Part shown: positions 55,184 to 63,583 of the stretch, one piece after another
Layout: each line of letters starts with the position of its first letter
Position numbering within the stretch: position 1 is the first letter of the stretch
DNA from: Acidimicrobiales bacterium
Lineage (GTDB): Bacteria; Actinomycetota; Acidimicrobiia; Acidimicrobiales; Poriferisodalaceae
Length of the DNA: 64,000 nt
NCBI GenBank assembly: GCA_965116245.1
Contig: OZ220497.1
Location: 870,939-934,938, forward strand
Direction of reading: 5' to 3'
The notes under the pieces: generated by a model
What the model saw: only the letters and a program-made list of their open reading frames with translations
Databases searched by the model: none
What the model was told of the DNA's origin: nothing
Made by a program: the position numbers and the translations under genes

Positions 55184-56923
55184 ATGAACGAATCTGCGCC
55201 AGCTCCAGGTCGTCACCTTCGTTTCGAAGCCGACGACAAGCCGCCACTGCCGCTCACTGCGGGACTCGGACTGCAGTTCGCAATTCTCGCTATCGCGGGC
55301 ATCGTGCTTACTCCAGCCATCGTCATTCGGGCCGCGGGAGGCACCGACGCGCACCTGACTTGGGCAGTGTTCGCAGCCGCTGCCATAAGCGGCATTAGCA
55401 CGATTCTGCAAGCGGCTCGGCTCGGTCGCATTGGCGCTGGCTACGTGCTGTTGATGGGAACCTCTGGCGCGTTCATTGCGGTGTGTGTCACCGCGTTGGT
55501 CGACGGTGGTCCCGGACTGCTTGCCACTCTGGTTGTGGTCTCGTCGTTGTTTCAATATTTGCTAGCAGCCAAGCTGGCGTTATTTCGGCGGCTGTTGACG
55601 CCGACCGTGGCTGGCACAGTAGTGATGCTGATCGCCGTCACAGTGATGCCGCTCGTGTTCAACTTGGTGACGGCCTCACCCGAAGGGGCATCTTCGGCGA
55701 GTGCTCCAGTCACCGCGCTCGCAGCGGCGAGTGTCATCGTGGCTATCGCCCTGAAAGCCGGCGGGCAGCTTCGGCTTTGGGCACCGGTGATTGGTATTGC
55801 GGTCGGCTCGGTGGTAGCGGCCTTCTTCGGACTGTATGACTGGGATAGGGTCGCCGAAGCGAACTGGATTGGCGTGCCCGACGGCGGATGGCCCGGTTTT
55901 GATTTCACGTTCGGTGCAGACTTTTGGGGTTTGCTGCCCGCGTTCGTGTTCGTGACGCTCATCGGCGCGATTGAGACCATCGGTGACTCGGTGGCCATTC
56001 AGCGCGTTTCGTGGCGACATCCCCGAGCCGTCAACTACCGCTCTGTGCAGGGAGCTGTCGCAGCCGACGGCACCGGCAACTTGCTTTCGGGGCTAGCGGG
56101 CACGGTGCCAAACACCACTTACTCCACCTCTATCTCCATAACCGAACTCACTGGTGTTGCAGCGCGCCGAGTGGGTATCGCCATTGGCATTTCGTTCATC
56201 GTGATGGCCTTCGTGCCCAAACTGCTGGCGTTGGTACTAGCGATTCCCGACGCTGTGGTGGCTGCGTACGTGACGGTGCTGTTGGGGCTGCTGTTCGTGG
56301 TGGGCATGAAGATCGTGATTGCGGATGCCACCGACTACCGCCGGGGGCTGATCGCGGGTTTTTCGTTTTGGATCGGCGTGGGGTTTCAGAACAATCAGAT
56401 ATTTCCGGAGTATTTGAGCGGATTTGCGGGAGGATTCCTAGAAAACGGTATGACGGCTGGTGGACTGACCGCTATTTTGCTGACGCTGTTCGTGGAGGTC
56501 ACCGGGGCTCGCCCTAAGAAACTGCACTGTTCACTGGCCGCCGAAGATTTGCCCAAGATTCAGGACTTCCTCGGCGCCTTCGCTGAGCGCAGCGGCTGGG
56601 ACAACGCCATGTCAACAAGACTCAGCGCGGTAGCCGAAGAAACACTCCTGACAATGCTCAATTCACCACTGCCACCAGGAGCCGACGAGCGACGCGCGCT
56701 GCGGTTGACCGCTAGCAAGCGAGACGGCGGCGCGATGTTGGAGTTCGTGGCTGCCGCCAGCGAAGAGAACATTTCCGACCGTCTTGCAGTGCTTGATGAG
56801 CCCACCGCAGAGCGTCCCGCCGAGCGGGATCTCTCGCTGCGAGTGTTGCAACACTACGCGTCGTCAGTGAATCATCAGCAGTATCACGAGGTGGACATCG
56901 TCACCGTGCAGGTAGATGTGTAG
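55184..56923 (+). CDS. NCS2 (xanthine/uracil-type) permease with a ~135-aa cytosolic C-terminal extension
   Basis: About 440 aa of polytopic permease (GLGLQFAILAIAG...). The tail LPKIQDFLGAFAERSGW...LSAVAEETLLTML resembles RsbW/SpoIIAB-type GHKL modules. Confidence 0.75.
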   Translation: MNESAPAPGRHLRFEADDKPPLPLTAGLGLQFAILAIAGIVLTPAIVIRAAGGTDAHLTWAVFAAAAISGISTILQAARLGRIGAGYVLLMGTSGAFIAVCVTALVDGGPGLLATLVVVSSLFQYLLAAKLALFRRLLTPTVAGTVVMLIAVTVMPLVFNLVTASPEGASSASAPVTALAAASVIVAIALKAGGQLRLWAPVIGIAVGSVVAAFFGLYDWDRVAEANWIGVPDGGWPGFDFTFGADFWGLLPAFVFVTLIGAIETIGDSVAIQRVSWRHPRAVNYRSVQGAVAADGTGNLLSGLAGTVPNTTYSTSISITELTGVAARRVGIAIGISFIVMAFVPKLLALVLAIPDAVVAAYVTVLLGLLFVVGMKIVIADATDYRRGLIAGFSFWIGVGFQNNQIFPEYLSGFAGGFLENGMTAGGLTAILLTLFVEVTGARPKKLHCSLAAEDLPKIQDFLGAFAERSGWDNAMSTRLSAVAEETLLTMLNSPLPPGADERRALRLTASKRDGGAMLEFVAAASEENISDRLAVLDEPTAERPAERDLSLRVLQHYASSVNHQQYHEVDIVTVQVDV

Positions 56924-56976
56924 CAGCCGATGTCTAGCCGCGCCTTTGACGTCACGACGGCACGGTCGCCAACTGG

Positions 56977-57474
56977 TTACTCGCGCGGTAGCAACCCGAC
57001 ATGAGCCTCCAGCCGCGCGAGCCGGTCAGTGTGATCCAGCAAAATGACATGGATCTCCCGAAACCCAGCCTGCATCTCAGTTCTAAGGGCACCAATCTCC
57101 GACCGCAAAGCAGCAATCTCGGTGCCAAACTCAGAACGCAGGCCTCCAATCTCGGCACGCATCTCAGACCGCAGGCCGCCAATCTCCGCGCCTAGCTCGG
57201 CACGCAACTCGTTGCCGAGGTTGTCAATGCGAGCGTTCATCGCCGCGAGCTGTTCGTTCATCGCTCCAAACTGGGTCATCATCACCAAGACCAGGGCGCC
57301 AAGAAGCGCTGTCACGATTCCGCCGAACACAGTGATGAGCACACCCGGCGACACTCCGACGCGACCATCGCCCCGCACGAGAGCACGCCGCGACGCACCG
57401 AAATCCGGCCCGGCAGATGAAGCTGGCGCTTGTTGAGGATCCATGGTGGTGGTCGATTCCAAAGAAGCGGACAT
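56977..57474 (-). CDS. single-pass membrane protein with an 11-residue-repeat coiled coil
   Basis: ATG 57474 is preceded by GGAGG. One TM helix, then AEIGGLRSEMR / AEIGGLRSEFG / TEIAALRSEIG repeats (33-nt units at about 57070..57200). Confidence 0.6.
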   Translation of the reverse strand: MSASLESTTTMDPQQAPASSAGPDFGASRRALVRGDGRVGVSPGVLITVFGGIVTALLGALVLVMMTQFGAMNEQLAAMNARIDNLGNELRAELGAEIGGLRSEMRAEIGGLRSEFGTEIAALRSEIGALRTEMQAGFREIHVILLDHTDRLARLEAHVGLLPRE

Positions 57475-57647
57475 CAGGCCTCCTGCACGTTGGGGCGCAA
57501 CTCTGCGCACACCTGGTAACTGACAGACCGCCGCGTCAGCCGGGCAGCGAGGCACACACCAACATAGACCACACCAATACCCACCAACCCCCGATTAAAG
57601 GAGAGGCGCAAGAAACCCGTGTCGCACCGACACAGCGCGCCCCTGCT

Positions 57648-57722
57648 AACTGGCTAGTCGCGCGACATAAACCCGACATGAGCCTCCAGCCGCGCGAGGC
57701 GGTCAGTGTGATCCAGCAAGAC
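57648..57722. repeat. second copy of a ~75-nt segment also present at 56971..57046
   Basis: Aligned by eye. A 45-nt core is shared with one mismatch (cccgacatgagcctccagccgcgcgag[c/g]cggtcagtgtgatccagcaa). It corresponds to the 3' end of the coiled-coil gene. Confidence 0.85.
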
Positions 57723-57803
57723 GCGGCCGAGCCGAGGCCTCGCAGTCTTTGGGGGGTTACTAGCCGAACAGGCCAGGTAGTCGTGTAGTTGGCAGCCGGA
57801 TGC

Positions 57804-58172
57804 TCAGCAGTGAGAGCTGGGACTGACTTCGCAACCCGCCGGATCAGTCCACAACAGCATGGAAGTGCCCATGGCAGCGTAAACAGCCACCGCGAGCACC
57901 AGTCCACCCACGAATAGCCAGGTGAACAGCTTGTTGTCAAAGCGCAGATGCATGAAGTACGCGACAACTATCTCGAACTTCACGACCATGAGAATCAGCA
58001 ACGCTGGAACCTCAACCGGGCCCGTGTCCACGAAATAGGTCATCACCTCGGCCGCTGTCAGCACGCCTAGCAACACTGCGACCTTGATGTAGCCGAAATC
58101 GCTCAGACCATGTTCGTGGCTCTGGTGTTCGTCAACGGCTGCTTCGGCCGTGGCCTCAGTGACAGTGCTCAT
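57804..58172 (-). CDS. cytochrome c oxidase subunit IV (Bacillus/COX4_pro type)
   Basis: 122 aa with three helices. YIKVAVLLGVLTAAEV...VVKFEIVVAYFMHL is typical. Confidence 0.7.
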   Translation of the reverse strand: MSTVTEATAEAAVDEHQSHEHGLSDFGYIKVAVLLGVLTAAEVMTYFVDTGPVEVPALLILMVVKFEIVVAYFMHLRFDNKLFTWLFVGGLVLAVAVYAAMGTSMLLWTDPAGCEVSPSSHC

Positions 58173-58184
58173 CGCTTGCAGTTC

Positions 58185-58886
58185 CTAAGGGATCAGGTAG
58201 ACAACCGCGAAGATCACGATCCAGACGATGTCAACGAAATGCCAGTACAGACCAATGATCTCGACCGTCTCGGCCCGTTCAGGGCCGATGATCCCTCGAT
58301 TTACCATCATCCACAGCGTGACGAGCATGATGATTCCCAACGACACATGGACGCCGTGGAAGCCAGTCAGGGTGTAGAACGCTGACGAGGAGATACTGAC
58401 GGTGTATCCGAGACCTTCCCGATAGAAGCCCGTGAACTCATAGACCTGCCCAGCGATGAAAACGGCACCCAAGGAGGCGGTTGTGAGCAGCCACAACTTG
58501 CAGCGTTCCAGTTCGCCTCTAGTGATCGCCGACACTGCTAGCACCATCGTGAGCGAACTCATCAGCAGCACATACGAACTCACCGAAGTAAACGGAATAT
58601 CAAACAGATCGGCTGGGCTCAGTACATCTTCACCCGAAAGAGGCCGACGATTGCGCAGCAACAGGTAGGTCGAGATGAGCGCGCCAAAGAGCAGACAGTC
58701 TGAGCCCAAAAAGGCCCACATCGTCATCTTTTCGTTGGACAGGCTTGTCGTGGGTGGAACTATCTCGTAGTCGTCCCACTCGGTACGCGGGTAAGCAATC
58801 GGGGGCTCGTCGGCGTTAGCCGAACTGGCTGGATTAGCTGGTTCGACAGCGGCCTCAGCGGTATCATTCACCGACAGCCTCCCCAT
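58185..58886 (-). CDS. ctaE: cytochrome c oxidase subunit III
   Basis: Contains FYTLTGFHGVHVSLG and GLYWHFVDIVW. The start is ATG 58886 or GTG 58871. Confidence 0.9.
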   Translation of the reverse strand: MGRLSVNDTAEAAVEPANPASSANADEPPIAYPRTEWDDYEIVPPTTSLSNEKMTMWAFLGSDCLLFGALISTYLLLRNRRPLSGEDVLSPADLFDIPFTSVSSYVLLMSSLTMVLAVSAITRGELERCKLWLLTTASLGAVFIAGQVYEFTGFYREGLGYTVSISSSAFYTLTGFHGVHVSLGIIMLVTLWMMVNRGIIGPERAETVEIIGLYWHFVDIVWIVIFAVVYLIP

Positions 58887-60933
58887 TCGACACACTGACC
58901 GCCGACACACCGTTGGCACTGGCGTGTTCAACACCGCCGCCGACCGGATCAGCGTCATGGCTATTGCCGTGGGCACCTGAGACGTCATGACCATGGCCCG
59001 GATCAGTAGAGGGTTCAAGCGTCCATCCGTACATTGCGCCGACTAGCAGCAGCAGTCCGAAACCGGCGATCCAGAGGCTGTAGATCAGCCCGAACCCAAT
59101 GAGAGGTAGTCCGGCGGCCAGAACGATTGGCCAGTAAGACGGCGATGGCAGGTGTGGATGTTGGTCTCCGCGTTGGGCAATGTCATTGCCGTTGGCAATG
59201 CGGCGCAGTTTGCCGGATTCGTCTGGTTGATACTTCTTGTGCCAAAAGTCGTCGACGTCGCTAACCACTGGTACATAGTCAAAGTTGTGTTCGGGTGTTG
59301 GTGACGGAATAGCCCACTCCAGTGTGCGGCCGTCCCACGGGTCGGCGTCGGCCTTCGGTTCAAGGTCTCGGCGGTAGCGCCCCCAGGTACGGAAGATGTT
59401 GACCGCCAGGATCACCATGGCGGCGAGCATGAAGAAATAGCCAATAGTCGCGATCTTGTTCCAGAACTCGAACCCGTCAAACTCTCCGTACACACTGTGA
59501 CGGCGAGCCATGCCCTGCAAACCGACGATGTGCATTGGTCCGAACGTAACGTTGAAGCCGATCAGCATGAGCCAAAAATGCCAGCGCCCCAGCCGGTCGT
59601 TCAAGTGGTACCCAAAAGCCTTGGGCCACCAGTAGTAGAGACCCGCGAACATGCCCATGAGAGCGCCGCCGACCAGCACATAGTGAAAGTGCGCCACGAT
59701 GAAATACGTGTCGGTCTGCTGAGTGTCGGCGGGCGCGATCGCGTGCATAACGCCCGACAGGCCGCCAATTGTGAACATGGCCACCAGCGACACTGAGAAC
59801 ATCATCGGAACTGTGAAACGGACCCTGCCAGCCCACATGGTCGCGATCCAGTTCAGGATCTTCACACCGGTTGGCACGGCAATGAACATGGTGGTCGCCG
59901 AGAACGCCGCTACCGAGACTGGGCCCATGCCTGAGGTGAACATGTGGTGCGCCCAAACGCCCCACCCCATGAAGCCAATAGCTGCTCCCGACAGAACCAC
60001 GATCGGATAACCGAAGAGCGGCTTACGGCTGAAAACCGGCAGCGTTTCGGATACGACACCGAAGGCTGGCAAGATCAATATGTACACCTCGGGATGGCCG
60101 AATATCCAGAACAAGTGCTGCCACAGCAGCGGGTCGGCACCCGCAGCGACATCAAAGAAGTTGGAGTCAAATGTGCGGTCAAAGGTCAGCAGTATCAGCG
60201 CCACGGTGATGACCGGCAATGCAAAGACCAGTAAGAACTGGACTACCAGGATCATCCAGGTGAACACCGGCATGCGCAGCAAGCTCATGCCCGGGCAGCG
60301 CATATTGATGATCGTCACAAGCAGATTCAAAGCGCCCAGCAACGAGGCGATGCCTGCGATCTGCAAACCCAAGGCGTAGAAGTCCATGCCGTGGCCCGGG
60401 CTGTAGGCCATTCCGGTGTTGGGCGCGTATGCGAACCAGCCACCGTCAGCGCCTCCACCCAAGAACCAACTTAGGTTCAAAAACAAGCCGCCGAACACAA
60501 ATATCCACAAGCCCAGTGCGTTCATACGCGGGAAGGCCACGTCCCTTGCGCCGATCTGCAGCGGCACTAGATAGTTGGCGAACGCGTTCGCCAAAGGCAT
60601 GATCACCAAGAAGACCATGGTCACGCCATGCATCGTGAACAACTGGTTGTAGGCGTCTGCGCTGAGCACTTCTCCATCGGGTGCCCACAACTGCAGGCGC
60701 ACCAGCCCAATCTCTAGCCCGCCCACCAAGAACCAGAACATGGCGGCCGCGCCGTACATGATCCCGATCTTTTTGTGGTCCACCGTGAACAACCACTCGC
60801 GCCAGCCAGTTGCGTGCAGAGGGCGAGCAAACACGCCCGTACGCGCGGAGTCCTGCACGTGTGGCTCCGGCTCAGCCACCTCTAGTTCAGTGCTTGCTAT
60901 TTCGCTGTCCGGTCGATCGGTGATGATTGCCAT
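58864..60933 (-). CDS. ctaD: cytochrome c oxidase subunit I with a ~125-aa C-terminal two-helix extension
   Basis: Contains WFFGHPEVYILILP-type motifs (LFWIFGHPEVYILILPAFG) and HHMF. 689 aa against the usual ~550. Confidence 0.95.
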   Translation of the reverse strand: MAIITDRPDSEIASTELEVAEPEPHVQDSARTGVFARPLHATGWREWLFTVDHKKIGIMYGAAAMFWFLVGGLEIGLVRLQLWAPDGEVLSADAYNQLFTMHGVTMVFLVIMPLANAFANYLVPLQIGARDVAFPRMNALGLWIFVFGGLFLNLSWFLGGGADGGWFAYAPNTGMAYSPGHGMDFYALGLQIAGIASLLGALNLLVTIINMRCPGMSLLRMPVFTWMILVVQFLLVFALPVITVALILLTFDRTFDSNFFDVAAGADPLLWQHLFWIFGHPEVYILILPAFGVVSETLPVFSRKPLFGYPIVVLSGAAIGFMGWGVWAHHMFTSGMGPVSVAAFSATTMFIAVPTGVKILNWIATMWAGRVRFTVPMMFSVSLVAMFTIGGLSGVMHAIAPADTQQTDTYFIVAHFHYVLVGGALMGMFAGLYYWWPKAFGYHLNDRLGRWHFWLMLIGFNVTFGPMHIVGLQGMARRHSVYGEFDGFEFWNKIATIGYFFMLAAMVILAVNIFRTWGRYRRDLEPKADADPWDGRTLEWAIPSPTPEHNFDYVPVVSDVDDFWHKKYQPDESGKLRRIANGNDIAQRGDQHPHLPSPSYWPIVLAAGLPLIGFGLIYSLWIAGFGLLLLVGAMYGWTLEPSTDPGHGHDVSGAHGNSHDADPVGGGVEHASANGVSAVSVSNGEAVGE

Positions 60934-60968
60934 CAGGTCGTTCTCCTAGGCCCACATGCCAGCGCTCA

Positions 60969-62132
60969 TCAGGGCAGCACCGGCGGGCTGCCGAGGGTCT
61001 TCAGGTACTCCATCAAGTTGTCAAGGTCTTCATCGGTTAGGACCTCAGAGAAGCCGAGCATGCCCTGCTGGTTGTCCGCACGAGCAGGTTTCATGTCGGG
61101 CGCGTTGCGCACCCATTCCCGCATTTCGGCCACGTTCGGCACTAGCCGCCCGTCAGACCCGCGCAGGTACTCGCCATCGGGTCCAGTGAGGTAGGTCTCG
61201 AACATCGCTCCAGCGAAGGCCGTGCGGCTCATCAGGTTGGTGAGGTTTGGAGCGATACCTGCGAGCAGTGCCGCGTTGCCTCCGGCGGCACTTTCGTAGG
61301 ACCCGTCCACCACGTGGCAACTGATGCAGTGGGTCTCAAACAAGTCAGCACCAGCAGCTTGCGCGGTGCCCTCAGCCGGTGCCGTGCGGACTGCTGCTTG
61401 ACCATCTAGTTGTTCTTGCACCCAACGCTCAAAGTCTCCGGGAGCGAGAGCTATGGCTCGCATTTGCATGTTGGCGTGGCTCAGACCACAGAATTCCACG
61501 CATTCTCCATAGAAGACGCCCGGTTCGTCGGAGCTGATCCGCCAATGGTGAACCCGCCCCGGCACGGCGTCTCGTTTGCCGTTTAGTTGGGGTATCCAAA
61601 ATGAGTGGATGACGTCGTTGGAGTGAATCTCAAGGTTGACTTCTTCACCGGTCGGAATGACCAGGTCATTCGCGGTGACGATGTCGTACTGTCCGTCTTC
61701 GTCTAGGTCGTAGCTGAACTGCCACCACCATTGTTGACCCTCGACCTTGATGGTGCGGCCGTCCCCGTCGGAGGCGAGAGCGAACACAGTCGGGAGCGTG
61801 ACGACTGTTAGGAACACCAGCATGGCTGTGGGGATAAGTGTCCAAGTCAGCTCGGCTTTGCGATTGCCATGTATCTGCGGCGGCAGATCGTCGGGGTCAT
61901 CTGTGGGTCGAGCCCGGAACTTCACGATGATCGTGATTACGGCGGCCGCTACGAACACGCCCACAGCGACTGCCATCCAGCCTGACAGCCGCATGAGCCC
62001 GTCAATATCGCGGGCGTTGGGTCCGGCGGGTCGGGTGGCGTCCAGGCGGCCGGTGGCGCAGCCAGCAGCTACTAGTCCCGCCAAGGCCGCGAATACGACG
62101 CGGCAGCTTCGGGCACTGCGAGCGCCGATCAT
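60969..62132 (-). CDS. ctaC: cytochrome c oxidase subunit II fused to a cytochrome c domain (caa3 type)
   Basis: Has the CuA site HSFWIP...CVEFCGLSHANM, a C-terminal CISCH haem c motif and a lipoprotein-like signal. Confidence 0.9.
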   Translation of the reverse strand: MIGARSARSCRVVFAALAGLVAAGCATGRLDATRPAGPNARDIDGLMRLSGWMAVAVGVFVAAAVITIIVKFRARPTDDPDDLPPQIHGNRKAELTWTLIPTAMLVFLTVVTLPTVFALASDGDGRTIKVEGQQWWWQFSYDLDEDGQYDIVTANDLVIPTGEEVNLEIHSNDVIHSFWIPQLNGKRDAVPGRVHHWRISSDEPGVFYGECVEFCGLSHANMQMRAIALAPGDFERWVQEQLDGQAAVRTAPAEGTAQAAGADLFETHCISCHVVDGSYESAAGGNAALLAGIAPNLTNLMSRTAFAGAMFETYLTGPDGEYLRGSDGRLVPNVAEMREWVRNAPDMKPARADNQQGMLGFSEVLTDEDLDNLMEYLKTLGSPPVLP

Positions 62133-62908
62133 TCGTGCCCTCCGTCGGTATCGCTTGGCGTGCCTGACTCGTCGCCGTGATCGTGCGCGTGGTCACCTGA
62201 CACCTCGGCGTGTCCCGGTTGGTGGAACTCACGCTCGCCTATCGCAGCCGACGTGATGCCAGCCACGATCAGAGCGACGCCTCCCAGTACCAGCACCGAT
62301 GCAGTGACAGCGCGGCGCAGGAGCGGTTTCGAATAGAGCACAAACGCGAATGCCAAAATTGCCGCTGAGATAGCAAGCGCCGCGTAGCTCGCCGCGGTCT
62401 TGCTGACCGTCAGGAAGATTCGAGAGGCAAGTACTACTGGAACGGCAATGCCTAATGCGCCGTAGAGCGCGATTTCAAAGGGGCGTAGCAGCCTTGCTCG
62501 CTCAACCGCATTCGACGCAACATCGGTAGACAGATGCTCCGCCCATGCGCTCATCGTCCATTCGATAGCGGAGATCACCAACAAGGCGATACCCGCGATG
62601 GCCAGAAGCGCGTCGGTTACCAAGCCCACCATGAGCACGCCGAGGCCGACTGCGGCCATGATTGGCCAGTAAGCCGGGGTTGGGCTGTGCTGATATGAGT
62701 GCTCCCGATCCAGCGAGTCGCCGTCGCCCACGGTGAGCGCCAGCGCAAACAGCAAGGCAAACGCGCCTGCGGCAACGCCCAGCACGATCGTGGCGTACAT
62801 AGCCACGTGACCTGTGCCGTCCATGCCGGTGAGCAGGCCAATAGCCATAGCGGCCGCTGCTGCCAGTGCGATGCGCCCGGCGAAGTATCTGCTGGCAATG
62901 CCGACCAT
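62129..62908 (-). CDS. polytopic membrane protein with an actinobacterial CtaF-like motif
   Basis: SPTPAYWPIMAAVGLGVL resembles mycobacterial CtaF SPHSWWPIMVAL. It overlaps the ctaC start by 4 nt. Confidence 0.5.
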   Translation of the reverse strand: MVGIASRYFAGRIALAAAAAMAIGLLTGMDGTGHVAMYATIVLGVAAGAFALLFALALTVGDGDSLDREHSYQHSPTPAYWPIMAAVGLGVLMVGLVTDALLAIAGIALLVISAIEWTMSAWAEHLSTDVASNAVERARLLRPFEIALYGALGIAVPVVLASRIFLTVSKTAASYAALAISAAILAFAFVLYSKPLLRRAVTASVLVLGGVALIVAGITSAAIGEREFHQPGHAEVSGDHAHDHGDESGTPSDTDGGHE

Positions 62909-62914
62909 TGATTC

Positions 62915-63583
62915 CTACTTCACCACGTAGACGACGTACCAGGTGGCAGCCCAAGCAAGCACACCGAAATCCCAGAAGAAAACCGCTGCGCCTAGCGGTG
63001 TTGAACGATCTCGACCTACGCTGCCGCCCAGCGATCGTAGGGTCATGAGACCTAGGTAGAACATGCCGACGATCAAAATCGCCAGGGATAGCCCCGTAAC
63101 GGCGAACGCCAACGTTGCCCATTCTCCAGAACCGATCTCAAGCTCCATGCGGTTCAGACTGAACATCACCATGTTGAAAAACGCCAGGCCCAAGACCAAG
63201 GTGAGTGCCATACCTACCCATGTGTGACCGCGCTCGTCGCGACCACTTGCCCACACAGCCCAATGGGCCGTCACGACTGACAACAGCAAGGTAATGAGCG
63301 CGTAGACAAGTTGGGGATTTGGCACTGAGTGTGAAGCGAGCCACTCATGGCCAGGGTCTGCGCCGGACCCGTGCCGACGCGCCATGTAGTGACCCAGCGC
63401 TCCCGCGACAGCCATAGCGCCCGCAGCAATAGCAAAACCGGTGCCAACAAGCTGGCTGCGGGGACGCGGCGGCGGGCCCGGAACGTGGTAGCGGTCTGGC
63501 GCATACGCCTGCATAGCAACACCTACGGTTGCGGCGCCGACAGGGCCAGCATCTACTGCCGTACTCGTGGTGTCCGCCATCAC
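62915..63583 (-). CDS. haem-copper oxidase subunit III-like protein (second copy)
   Basis: The C-terminus AVFFWDFGVLAWAATWYVVYV parallels the subunit III YWHFVDVVW region. Confidence 0.6.
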   Translation of the reverse strand: MMADTTSTAVDAGPVGAATVGVAMQAYAPDRYHVPGPPPRPRSQLVGTGFAIAAGAMAVAGALGHYMARRHGSGADPGHEWLASHSVPNPQLVYALITLLLSVVTAHWAVWASGRDERGHTWVGMALTLVLGLAFFNMVMFSLNRMELEIGSGEWATLAFAVTGLSLAILIVGMFYLGLMTLRSLGGSVGRDRSTPLGAAVFFWDFGVLAWAATWYVVYVVK

